Below are positions 1 through 9,400 of a stretch of 64,000 nt of DNA, piece by piece. The translations under genes and the position numbers were made by a program. Position 1 is the stretch's first letter; each line of letters starts with the position of its first letter. Source of the DNA: Actinomycetes bacterium (GTDB taxonomy: Bacteria > Actinomycetota > Coriobacteriia > Anaerosomatales > JAGXFU01); assembly GCA_024637115.1 (NCBI GenBank), contig JAGXFU010000010.1, forward strand, positions 2,317 through 66,316, read 5' to 3'. Below the pieces are notes generated by a model. It was not told the DNA's origin. It ran no database searches and saw nothing but the letters and a program-made list of their open reading frames with translations.

Positions 1-1188
1 ATGCAGGCTGGATTCGCGGCCGTTGAGGCTGGCTTCTGCCGGGCCAAGAACACAACCAACCTCATGATGAAGAACATGATGGACTTTGTGATGGGTTCGC
101 TTGGGTACTTCGCCGTTGGCTTTGCCTTCATGTACGGAGCCGATGCCGCAGGCATCATCGGTACCGACGGGTGGTTCATGGCAGGCGACTACTACGATGT
201 CACGATGTACCGTGACTTCATGTTCCAGGTCGTGTTCGCGGCCACAGCTGCAACGATCGTCTCCGGTGCGGTCGCCGAGCGTCTCAAGTTCAGCGCATAC
301 CTCGTGTACTCGATCGTTATCACCGCAGTCATCTATCCGATCTACGGTCACTGGGTATGGGGTGGCGGCTGGCTGTCCGCTCTTCCCTTTGGCGCCGGTC
401 ACGTTGACTTCGCCGGTTCCGGCGTTGTCCACGCTGTCGGTGGTTTCGTAGGACTCGCGGGAGCAATGGTGCTCGGACCGCGCTTTGGCAAGTTTGACAA
501 AGACGGTAAGCCTCGGGCCATCCCGGGTCACAACATCGCGCTTGCCACCATCGGCCTGTTCCTGCTGTGGTTTGGCTGGTTCGGCTTTAACCCGGGCTCC
601 ACGTTGTCCGGTACCGACCTCCGCATGGCGGTCATCGCTGTGAACACCAACATGGCTGCTGCAGCTGGCGCCGCAGTCGCGTTGTTGATCACCAAGTTCA
701 AGACAGGTATCTGGGACGTTGGTATGGGCATCAACGGTGCGCTCGCCGGCCTCGTTGGTATCACCGCTCCCTGTGCATTCGTAAGCGGTGTTGACTCGGT
801 CATCATCGGCGCCATCGCAGGTGCGATCGTGATCATCTCCGTCTACACCCTGGAGAACATGGGCATCGACGATCCGGTCGGTGCGGTCTCGGTCCACGGA
901 GTGAACGGCATCTGGGGACTCATTGCAGTCGGTCTGTTCGCCGATGGTACGTACACCGCATGGCCGGTCACCGGTCTCTTCTACGGTGGCGGCGCAGATC
1001 AGCTCATTGCACAGCTCATTGGTGCAGGCGTCGTTATCGCCTGGGCATTCGGCACCGGCTTCATCGTATTCAAGGTGATGGACATGGTCATGGGCATCCG
1101 CGTTTCGCCCGAAGAGGAGATCCAGGGTCTCGATCTCCAGGAGCATGGTTCATCGGCCTACCCGAACTTCCTGATCGTAGAAGAGTAG
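1..1188 (+). CDS. amtB: Ammonium transporter (Amt family), 5'-truncated by the window edge
   Basis: Motifs MQAGFAAVEAG, DFAGSGVVH, WFGWFGFNPGS, DDPVGAVSVHG (twin His); followed by a P-II gene. Confidence 0.96.
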   Translation: MQAGFAAVEAGFCRAKNTTNLMMKNMMDFVMGSLGYFAVGFAFMYGADAAGIIGTDGWFMAGDYYDVTMYRDFMFQVVFAATAATIVSGAVAERLKFSAYLVYSIVITAVIYPIYGHWVWGGGWLSALPFGAGHVDFAGSGVVHAVGGFVGLAGAMVLGPRFGKFDKDGKPRAIPGHNIALATIGLFLLWFGWFGFNPGSTLSGTDLRMAVIAVNTNMAAAAGAAVALLITKFKTGIWDVGMGINGALAGLVGITAPCAFVSGVDSVIIGAIAGAIVIISVYTLENMGIDDPVGAVSVHGVNGIWGLIAVGLFADGTYTAWPVTGLFYGGGADQLIAQLIGAGVVIAWAFGTGFIVFKVMDMVMGIRVSPEEEIQGLDLQEHGSSAYPNFLIVEE

Positions 1189-1216
1189 ATAATCAACCAC
1201 CGAGGAGGTGAAGACC

Positions 1217-1555
1217 GTGAAAAAGATCGAAGCAGTCATCCGCCCGGAAAAGCTCGACGCAGTGAAGGCCGCGCTTGATACCGCCGGATACCCTGGCATG
1301 ATGCTCACCCGCATCGAGGGGCACGGCAAACAGAAGGGCTTGATGCAGCAGTTCCGCGGTCGTTCGTACAAGGTGGAGATGCTGCCCAAGTACAAGATCG
1401 AAGTCATCTGCGCCGATGGTGAGTGCACCAAGCTCGCCGAGGCCATCATCAACGCCGCACGTACAGGCGAGGTTGGCGACGGCAAGATCTTTGTGAGCGA
1501 CATCTCTGACGTCACACGTATTCGCACCGGCGAATCCGGCGACGTGGCTATCTAG
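1217..1555 (+). CDS. glnK: P-II nitrogen regulatory protein (GlnK-like)
   Basis: KKIEAVIRPEKL, GHGKQKG, TGEVGDGKIF, RIRTGE; GGAGG SD upstream of GTG 1217; directly after amt. Confidence 0.93.
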   Translation: MKKIEAVIRPEKLDAVKAALDTAGYPGMMLTRIEGHGKQKGLMQQFRGRSYKVEMLPKYKIEVICADGECTKLAEAIINAARTGEVGDGKIFVSDISDVTRIRTGESGDVAI

Positions 1556-1566
1556 TTTCACACCCC

Positions 1567-1600
1567 GCAGAACGGGGGGTTTGCCGGCCCCCCGTTCTGC
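1567..1600 (+). other. 13-bp intercistronic hairpin without a U-tract (mRNA stability element or weak terminator)
   Basis: GCAGAACGGGGGG (1567-1579) / CCCCCCGTTCTGC (1588-1600). Confidence 0.6.
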
Positions 1601-1652
1601 ACCCCCCATCACACGGCCATCTGCCTGAGATTCGAACACCCTGGAGCTTCCA

Positions 1653-1991
1653 ATGAAGAAGGTCGAAGCCATATTTCGTCCAGAAAAGCTTGAAGGCGTG
1701 CGCGATGCGCTCGACCAGCTTGAGCGAGCCGGCCTCACGGTGATCGAGGTGAAGGGCCACGGCGTTCAGCGCGGCCTGACCCAGCAGTGGCGCGGAGGCG
1801 AGTACCATGTCTCACTCGTACCCAAGGTTATGGTGTTGAGCGTGGTACACGACCACGAGGTGCAGGAAACGATCGAGACGATCACCTCGGTAGCGCGCAC
1901 CGGACTCATGGGTGATGGAAAGATCTTTGTCACTCCCGTAGAACAGGCGATTCGTATTCGCACGGGAGAGACCGGGCCTCAGGCAATCTAA
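1653..1991 (+). CDS. glnB: Second P-II nitrogen regulatory protein
   Basis: KKVEAIFRPEKL, GHGVQRG, WRGGEY T-loop, GDGKIF, RIRTGE. Confidence 0.9.
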   Translation: MKKVEAIFRPEKLEGVRDALDQLERAGLTVIEVKGHGVQRGLTQQWRGGEYHVSLVPKVMVLSVVHDHEVQETIETITSVARTGLMGDGKIFVTPVEQAIRIRTGETGPQAI

Positions 1992-2029
1992 GCACGATCC
2001 GCAGACCGCTCACTGGTCTCGAGAAACAC

Positions 2030-2056
2030 AAAGACCCGCACATGCGCGGGTCTTTT
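2030..2056. terminator. Bidirectional intrinsic terminator
   Basis: AAAGACCCGC/GCGGGTCTTT stem with T-rich tails on both strands. Confidence 0.8.
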
Positions 2057-2081
2057 CATCTACCTGGGAAGTCCCTTGGAC

Positions 2082-2445
2082 AAGAAAAACCGGGATGGCC
2101 TTCGCACCGCCCGAGGATCCCCTGTAAAGGGATATCATTGAGAGCTCTCGGCCAAGTGAGCTGTTCTACCCTCTTGGCCTCACCCTCGCGTTATCCAGAG
2201 GCTTATGCCCGACTCTTCGGTGGCCCTGACTCATCTTCTCGAAACAACCTCTGCGTCTTCACTGTAGACGCACAATCGAACCGACAACTCTTTTCTTCAC
2301 GTACCAACTCATCCTCTTACGGCCAAACCGAAGGTCTTTATCTGCCATCCCGGCTTAATCCGTGATTCTCTAGCACTTAAGCGATCCTCACCTCTCTATG
2401 GCCGGATCACCACTCTCGGAATCGGTTCGGCTCCACCGACACCTA
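2082..2445 (-). ncRNA. Candidate structured non-coding RNA (~360 nt), family not recognised
   Basis: 10-bp long-range stem 2090-2099/2344-2353 ending in a U-run on minus, several internal hairpins, a cUUCGg loop, bounded by two terminators, no credible ORF. Confidence 0.55.
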
Positions 2446-2490
2446 CCTATATATACCCGCGTTTTCGTATTTCTCCCCATCTCAAAACGA

Positions 2491-2517
2491 CGGACGGCCC
2501 CGATATGGGGCCGTCCG
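2491..2517 (-). terminator. Intrinsic terminator of the rhodanese-thioredoxin gene
   Basis: CGGACGGCCCC/GGGGCCGTCCG 11-bp stem followed by TCGTTTT on minus. Confidence 0.8.
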
Positions 2518-2557
2518 ATACAGTTCTATCGACGAGCGGGTCAAAGCACGCGACGAA

Positions 2558-3271
2558 CTACTTGAGCGCGTCGAGCTGCTTGCGCATCGCGTCCTCGGAC
2601 TGCTCGCCCACCAGTTGTCCGGCGGCCGAACCATCGGTATTCACGAACACGAACGTTGGCACGTACTGCGCGCCATACTGCTCCATCAGAGCCTGTCCCT
2701 CGGCATCTTTGTCCACGTCGAACAAGCGGAACTCGACCTTGCCGTCGTACTCACTCTTTAGCCTGTCCACGACAGGCGCCATTGTCTGGCACGAGGGTCA
2801 CCAATCGGTGTAGAACTCGTAGAGTACGGGCGAATCGAGCGCGACTGCCGGCACGGGCGGCGCAACGGCGACAGCCGTACCGCGCTCAACGTCACCATTC
2901 CATGTGACCATACCTGCGTTGAGGTGGTATACCTCAGAGAACCCGAGCTGCTCGAGGGCCTGGACCGCACTCACGGAGCGCGATCCGGTGGCGCAGTAGA
3001 CAGCGACGGGCTGATTCGGATCCCACGCTGCTGCAGCCGTCGTAAACTCGTTGACAGGCACGTTCTCGGCTGTGGGGATATGTCCGGCCTCATACTCGCC
3101 CGAGGTGCGGACATCGATAATCCGAACCCCCTGTGCCACGAGATCCTGCATTTTGGCCGAATCGACGTTTGCGGTGCCTCCCGCGCCTTGAGGCGTGAAC
3201 AGCATCACGCCCAGGCCCACCAGAACCACCGCTCCGATAATCCAAAAGATCAACTTCTGATTCATTACCAC
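2558..3271 (-). CDS. Membrane-anchored rhodanese-thioredoxin fusion, predicted selenoprotein (UGA at 2798-2800 read as Sec)
   Basis: N-terminal TM; rhodanese DVRT..EY..GHIP and VYCATGSRS; then EFYTDW-TGA-PSCQTMAP in frame with the thioredoxin fold of ORF 2558-2782 (cis-Pro YVPTF). Confidence 0.88.
2761..2777 (-). promoter_or_regulatory. Putative bacterial SECIS hairpin
   Basis: GCCTGTC-GTG-GACAGGC perfect 7-bp stem with G-containing loop, starting 20 nt 3' of the in-frame UGA. Confidence 0.6.
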
Positions 3272-3333
3272 TCCTTGCCCTCCCGCATCCGGTGGAAGGT
3301 CCGGCTCTATGCATGCCCTAGGTTGTTCGAGAC

Positions 3334-3352
3334 ATTATACCCTTGGGGGTAT
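3334..3352 (-). promoter_or_regulatory. -10 TATAAT overlapped by a CsoR/CstR-like operator palindrome
   Basis: ATACCC-TTGG-GGGTAT at 3337-3352; TATAAT on minus at 3334-3339, upstream of the rhodanese-Trx gene. Confidence 0.5.
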
Positions 3353-3488
3353 TCATTCCACAACTTCCCGTCCTGGATGGTGCAGGTCGGGGATAATCAG
3401 GTTCATACGCGCCCTGTCCGTCAGAACAGCAAGTACGTTACCAACAATTAGACTGGGGCGTAGACCAACTACGGCCGAAGGGGACTTA

Positions 3489-6400
3489 GTGAGGATGTCG
3501 AGGCATGCACGCGACAGTGAGACCTCTCCGTTCAGGCAGGAATTCCTGAGCGCTGAAAGGCTAGCCGATAGAGCTCGCGAGCTCGCGGGGTCTCAGCCGA
3601 TGGACTTTGGCACCATCAAAGGGTCCACGCCGTTGAGCGCTCTGATCGAAACTGCGGCTACCTCGCTCTCAGAGCACAATGCCGTGCTCGCTCGCGCCGT
3701 GCGCTTGCAGCATCCGATATCGCCGGCCAGCGAGTGGTTGCTCGACAACTACTACCTGATCGAGGAACAGATCCATGCCATACGCGACGATCTGCCAACG
3801 GGATTCGGCCAGGAGCTACCCTTTCTCACCTCTGGTCCGTACACGCGGCATCCGCGAACCTACGAGGCAGTTGTAACACTCCTTGGCCATTCAGACGCAC
3901 GGGTGGATGAGGAGTATCTCCACCGCTTCATCGAGGGATACCAGGATGTCTCACCTCTCACGATCGGTGAGGTCTGGGCGATTCCGATCATGCTGCGCGT
4001 GGCGCTCGTTGAGAACCTGCGCCGTTTGTCCCATCGGGTGGTAGCAGCGCACAGCGCTGGTCGCGTGGCCGATGAATGGGCGGACCGACTGCTCCTTTCG
4101 GCTCAAGACGAGCCTGATGACCTTCACGATCTCATCGACCAGCTTGAGCACAGCCTCCCCGATGACCTGTCCACATTCTACGTGCGGATGTCTCTGCGCC
4201 TGAGCGGCCAGGACGTTGGCGTCGACCCGATCAACCACTGGCTCGATCGAATGCTGGAGGGAATCGAGCTATCCCTCGACACGCTGTCGCTGGAGCAACA
4301 GCAGATGCAGGCGGCGGACCAGGTCTCGATCGCAAACACGATTACCTCGATCCGCTTCCTCGACGCCTACGAGTGGAAGTCCTTCTTTGAGAAGGTCTGC
4401 TTTGTCGAACAGATTCTGCGACAGGACCCCGTCGGAGTCTACGAGCGCATGGACTTCGCGAGTCGAGACAGGTATCGGCATGCAGTCGAAGACCTCGGGC
4501 GGCGTTGTCCTCACTCCGAGATCGAAGTTGCCGAGGCGGCGATCAGCTGGTGCCTCAATGCCCTCGATGAACACGTCACCGACCCGTTACGCGGACATGT
4601 TGGACACTACCTGATCAGCGGGGGCCGACTGAGCCTCGAGCGCAGCATTGACTACAAACCGCATGGACGCGAGCTTCTCTACCGGGGACCGCTGAGTCAC
4701 CACGGCGTCTTCTACTGGGGACTGTTCGGCATAACGACCACGCTTCTCGCCGGAGTGCTTGCGTTCTGGATGGTCGCGGGCAATGCCTCGCCGGCGGCAG
4801 CGCTCCTGTTACTCATCCTCGCAGTGGTCCCGCTCTCCGATCTCGCGCTCAACATCACGAACCGCATATCCGCCTGGGTGTTCCCGCCTCGGATCCTGCC
4901 CAAGCTCGACTACCACCAGCCGATAGCGGAATCACACCGAACGCTCGTGATCGTTCCCGCACTCATGTCCTCCTCGAGTGCGGTACAGCACGTGATCGAC
5001 AACCTCGAAGTCGCCTATCTGGCCAATCGCGATCCCAACATCGCCTTTGGGCTCCTCGGCGACCTTAAAGGGGCGGCGAAGCAACACGTACCTGCCGATG
5101 CAGAGATCGTCGTTGCGGCCACACGCGGCATCGAGATGCTCAACGATCGCTACGAGGCCGAGCACGGACGACGCCCGTTCTGCCTGTTCATTCGCGGGCG
5201 ACGCCATAACGAGATAGAAGATGTGTGGATGGGCTGGGAGCGAAAGCGTGGCGCGCTGAGCGAACTCAACGCGGCGCTGCGTGGGTCGACCGAGACAAGC
5301 TTCACGGAACGCATCGGCGCATCTGAGTTCCTGGAATCCGTCACATTCGTTCTCACGCTCGATGCCGACACACAACTGCCCAGAGACGGTGCCGCCAAGC
5401 TGATCGCAACCATCTCGCACCCCCTCAACCGGGCACAGCTCGGCCACGACGATGAGCGCGTGCGTAAAGGCTACGGACTCGTGCAGCCCCGCGTGTCGAT
5501 GTCGCTACCCGCCTCGACCGAGTCCTTCTTTGCCTGGCTCTACTCCGGCGAGACGGGCGTCGATCCATACGCGGGTGCTGTCTCTGATACGTACCAGGAT
5601 GTCTTTGGCGAGGGCAGCTTCACCGGAAAAGGTATCTACGAAGTCAACATCTTCAATGCGGTGCTCGAGGGTCGTTTCCCCGACAACACCCTGCTCTCGC
5701 ATGACCTCATCGAAGGCAACTTCGCTCGCGTTGCCCTGGCAAGCGACATCGAAGTGTTCGACGACCACCCCGCAAGTTATCTGTCGCATATGGCTCGTCT
5801 GCACCGGTGGGTCCGTGGCGACTGGCAGACCCTGCCCTGGCTTCTTCTGCGCATACCCGCCAAGGGAGGACGTCACTCTCGCAACCCGCTCTCATCGCTG
5901 CATCGATGGAAGATGACGGACAACCTGCGACGAAGCCTCGTGGCGCCCACGCTTCTGCTGCTCATCACGATTGGCTGGCTGCTCGTGCCGGGCCCATCAT
6001 GGGCATGGCCGCTGGCAATGATGCTTGTGGTGTTCTTCCCGGTCTATTTCAGCCTTGCCGACTCCCTTGTGTTCCGCTCGCGGTCGTTCTCGTTCCAGGC
6101 GGCGGCCGGCACGATCTGGCGTGACTTTGGCCGGGACTCGGCTCGCGCGGTACTCTCGCTGACGCTGCTCCCCCATCAGGCATGGCTCATGACCGACGCC
6201 ATCGTTCGCGCGCTCTGGCGCATGAACGTTTCGCACCACAACCTGCTGGAATGGGAGACGGCCGCAGACGCTGATCGCAGGCTCGGCAACTCGCTCGCGG
6301 GCTTCCTTCGCAAGTTGCTGCCCTCATCACTCCTTGCGCTTGGCCTGCTTGCGATCGCCACTGTCGACCATCCCGGCCGCGCCGGAGTCGCTGCCGCTCT

Positions 6401-9400
6401 CGGACTCATCTGGCTCTCTGCTCCTGTGGTCGCCTGGTGGGTGTCGAGAAAGACCGTTCCGGCTCCTTTCGAGCTCACCGATTCCGATGCCCACGAACTG
6501 CGTATCGTTGCGCGTCGAACCTGGCGGTTCTTTGAGACGTTCGTGACCGAGGAAGGACATTACCTCGCTCCTGACAACTTCCAGGAGGATCCCGGGGCCA
6601 CGATTGCGTTCCGTACCTCTCCCACGAACATTGGACTACAACTGCTCTCGGGGCTCACGGCATACGACCTTGGCTACATCACCCTGCGCGGGCTGATGAT
6701 GCGCACCTCGGACACCATGAACACGATGGCTGGCCTTGAGCGCTTTCGCGGTCACTTCTACAACTGGTATGACACCCGCACGCTGCAACCGCTGCCGCCC
6801 AACTACGTCTCCACAGTAGACAGCGGCAATCTGGCGGGGCATCTGCTTGTGCTCCGCATCGGCCTCCTCGAGGCATCTGAGGGACCGCTCCTGGGCGCAC
6901 AGCTTCTGCATGGCCTCGTTGACACGGCCGACCTTGCCATCGACGACCTGCATACGGAGCGCGGAGACCTTCAGCCCGCGCCGATCGCCCATGCGCTGCG
7001 CGAACAACTCGAAGAGATTCGCCGGGACATCGAACTCGAAAATGAACCTGAGGATCTCGGCGAGTGGTATGCGCTGCTGCGTCGCCTCGACACGTTGGTC
7101 GCTGCCGCTACCGCATCCGTTGGCGAACTGGCTGATGGGCAAGAGACCGGCGAATCGCCCTTCCCTGTCACACCTGTTCAGCGGGTCCGCGCCTCAGTGC
7201 GCGCGCTCGAAAAGTTCACCCACGAAGCACACATGATGCTCCGAAACCTCGCCCCCTGGGCTCCGCTCATCACGAATGTTCCCGACGCCGTACTGCAAGA
7301 CGAACGCAGCAAGGACCTCCTGCCTCTCTTTGAATATGTCCCGAGCCTGGTCGGGCTGGCCGAGGGACTGGCCGAATGCCTCTCTACGCTCGACTCGATC
7401 GCCGCCTCACCTGCTGGCAGCTCTCCAGAAGACCAGGAGTCCGCGCGCGAGTGGGCATCCCGGGTGAGCGAGAGCATTCGCCAATCGCGTCCAAACTCGG
7501 TGGAACTCCTCGCCAGACTGCGCCTCACTGCCAACATGGCCCGTGAGATGTGGGAGCACACCGACTTTCGGATGCTCTTTGACTCTCAACGGTTGCTGTT
7601 CTCGATCGGCTACAACACCACCGAGGGACACCTCGACCCGTCGTTTTATGACATGCTCGCATCCGAATGCCGGCTTGCGAGTTTCCTTGCCATCGCAAAA
7701 GGGGACGTGCCGCAGGAGCACTGGTTCCGTCTTGGCAGATCGATCACGCAGACTTCGGGCGGGCGGGCGCTGCTTTCCTGGAGCGCGTCGATGTTCGAGT
7801 ACCTGATGCCGCTGCTCGTGATGAGAACCTGGCCCACAACCCTGCTCGACCAGACGTACCATTCAGTCGTTGAGCGGCAGGTCCAGTACGGACGCGAACG
7901 CAGTGTGCCGTGGGGCGTCTCGGAATCAGCCTTCAACGCCAAGGATTCTGAGCTCACGTACCAATATCAGGCATTCGGTGTACCCGGCCTGGGCTTGAAG
8001 CGAGGCTTGTCCGATGACATCGTCGTTGCTCCGTATGCGAGCGTACTCTCGTTGCCGATCGCGCCTCTCGAGGTACTCGCCAACCTGCGAGTACTTGCAG
8101 CGCAGGGCGTGCGGGGTCGCTACGGGTTCTATGAGGCAGTGGACTACACGCCCGGGCGTATCCCGGCGGGTGAATCGCGTGCCATCGTAAAGGCCTACTT
8201 TGCCCACCACCAGGGTATGAGCCTGCTCGCACTTGGCAACGAGCTCGCCGGACGCACGATGCGTGAGCGCTTCCATCGCGATCCAATGGTGACCACAGCA
8301 GAGCTCCTGCTGCAGGAACGCGTCCCGCACACCGTGCAGCTCGCCCATCCCAATGTTGAAGAAGTCAGGAGCGTGCGCTCGATTCGCGACCTGCCGCCGC
8401 CTGTTACGCGATCCTATCCACTGGCAGACACCCCGGTGCCCGCCACGCACTTCCTCTCCAACGGTGACTACTCCGTCATGATCACCAACGGCGGGGGTGG
8501 CTACAGCAGATGGCGCGGACTCTCTGTCACCCGATACCGGGAAGATGTCACACGCGACTCATGGGGGCAGTTCTTCTATGTGCGTGACGTCGACACCGGC
8601 GCCGTGTGGACCGCCGCCAACAATCCCGTGGTCAACGAGCCGGACGACTACCACGTGACGTTCTCTGCCGAAAAGGCCGAGTTCCACAGGCGGGATGGAG
8701 ACATCGAGACGAACACCGAGATCGCCGTCTCGCCCGAAGACGATGCCGAGGTTCGCCGCCTCACGATCGTCAATCACGGCCGCTCCGCGCGTCACATCGA
8801 AGTGACCTCGTACTTTGAGATCGCGATCGTCGAGCAAAACGCTGATCAGGCTCATAAGTCATTCTCGAATCTCTTCGTTGAGACCGAGGCCCACAGCGCC
8901 ACCAATACCGTGCTCTTCTCGCGTCGGCCCCGCTCTGAGCATGAATCCCGCCCATACGGATTCCATACACTCGGGTGCGAGGACAGAGACAGCTGTGAGT
9001 GGTCTTTCGAGACCGATCGCGTGCAATTCCTGGGGCGGCTCAATCAGTGCGACAACCCTGTCGCCATCAATGCCGGAGGAGAGCTCTCGTGTACGGTCGG
9101 CGCGGTCCTCGACCCGTCCTGCTCGATTCGCAAAGCCGTCCTCGTACCTCCCGGAGGAAGTGCTCGCCTCGTGTTCACCACCGGGGTTGCCGAAACGCGC
9201 GAAGAGGCCCTGCACCTCTCGGAGAAGTACCACGATATGCGCAGCGCGCAGCGCGCGATCGACCTTGGCTGGACGACCGCAAAGATCGAACTACGCGACC
9301 TGGGACTCTCCCCGCAGGAAGCGGTCGTGCTTCAGCGGCTCGCCTCGCGCCTCTTGTTGACCGATCCCCGATCGTTATTGAAAGTGAAGACGCCGGCTGA

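Noticed and set aside
2042-2365. 107-aa plus-strand ORF in the ncRNA candidate region
   Set aside because: It starts inside a terminator hairpin, has no SD, and its Ser/Arg/Pro-rich sequence is not protein-like
2066-2437. RNase P-like (GGAAGTCC, CCGGCTTA) and tmRNA-like (CTCCACC) words on plus
   Set aside because: The GAGGAAAGTCC/ACAGAA context and the tRNA-like T-arm/CCA are absent; treated as chance matches
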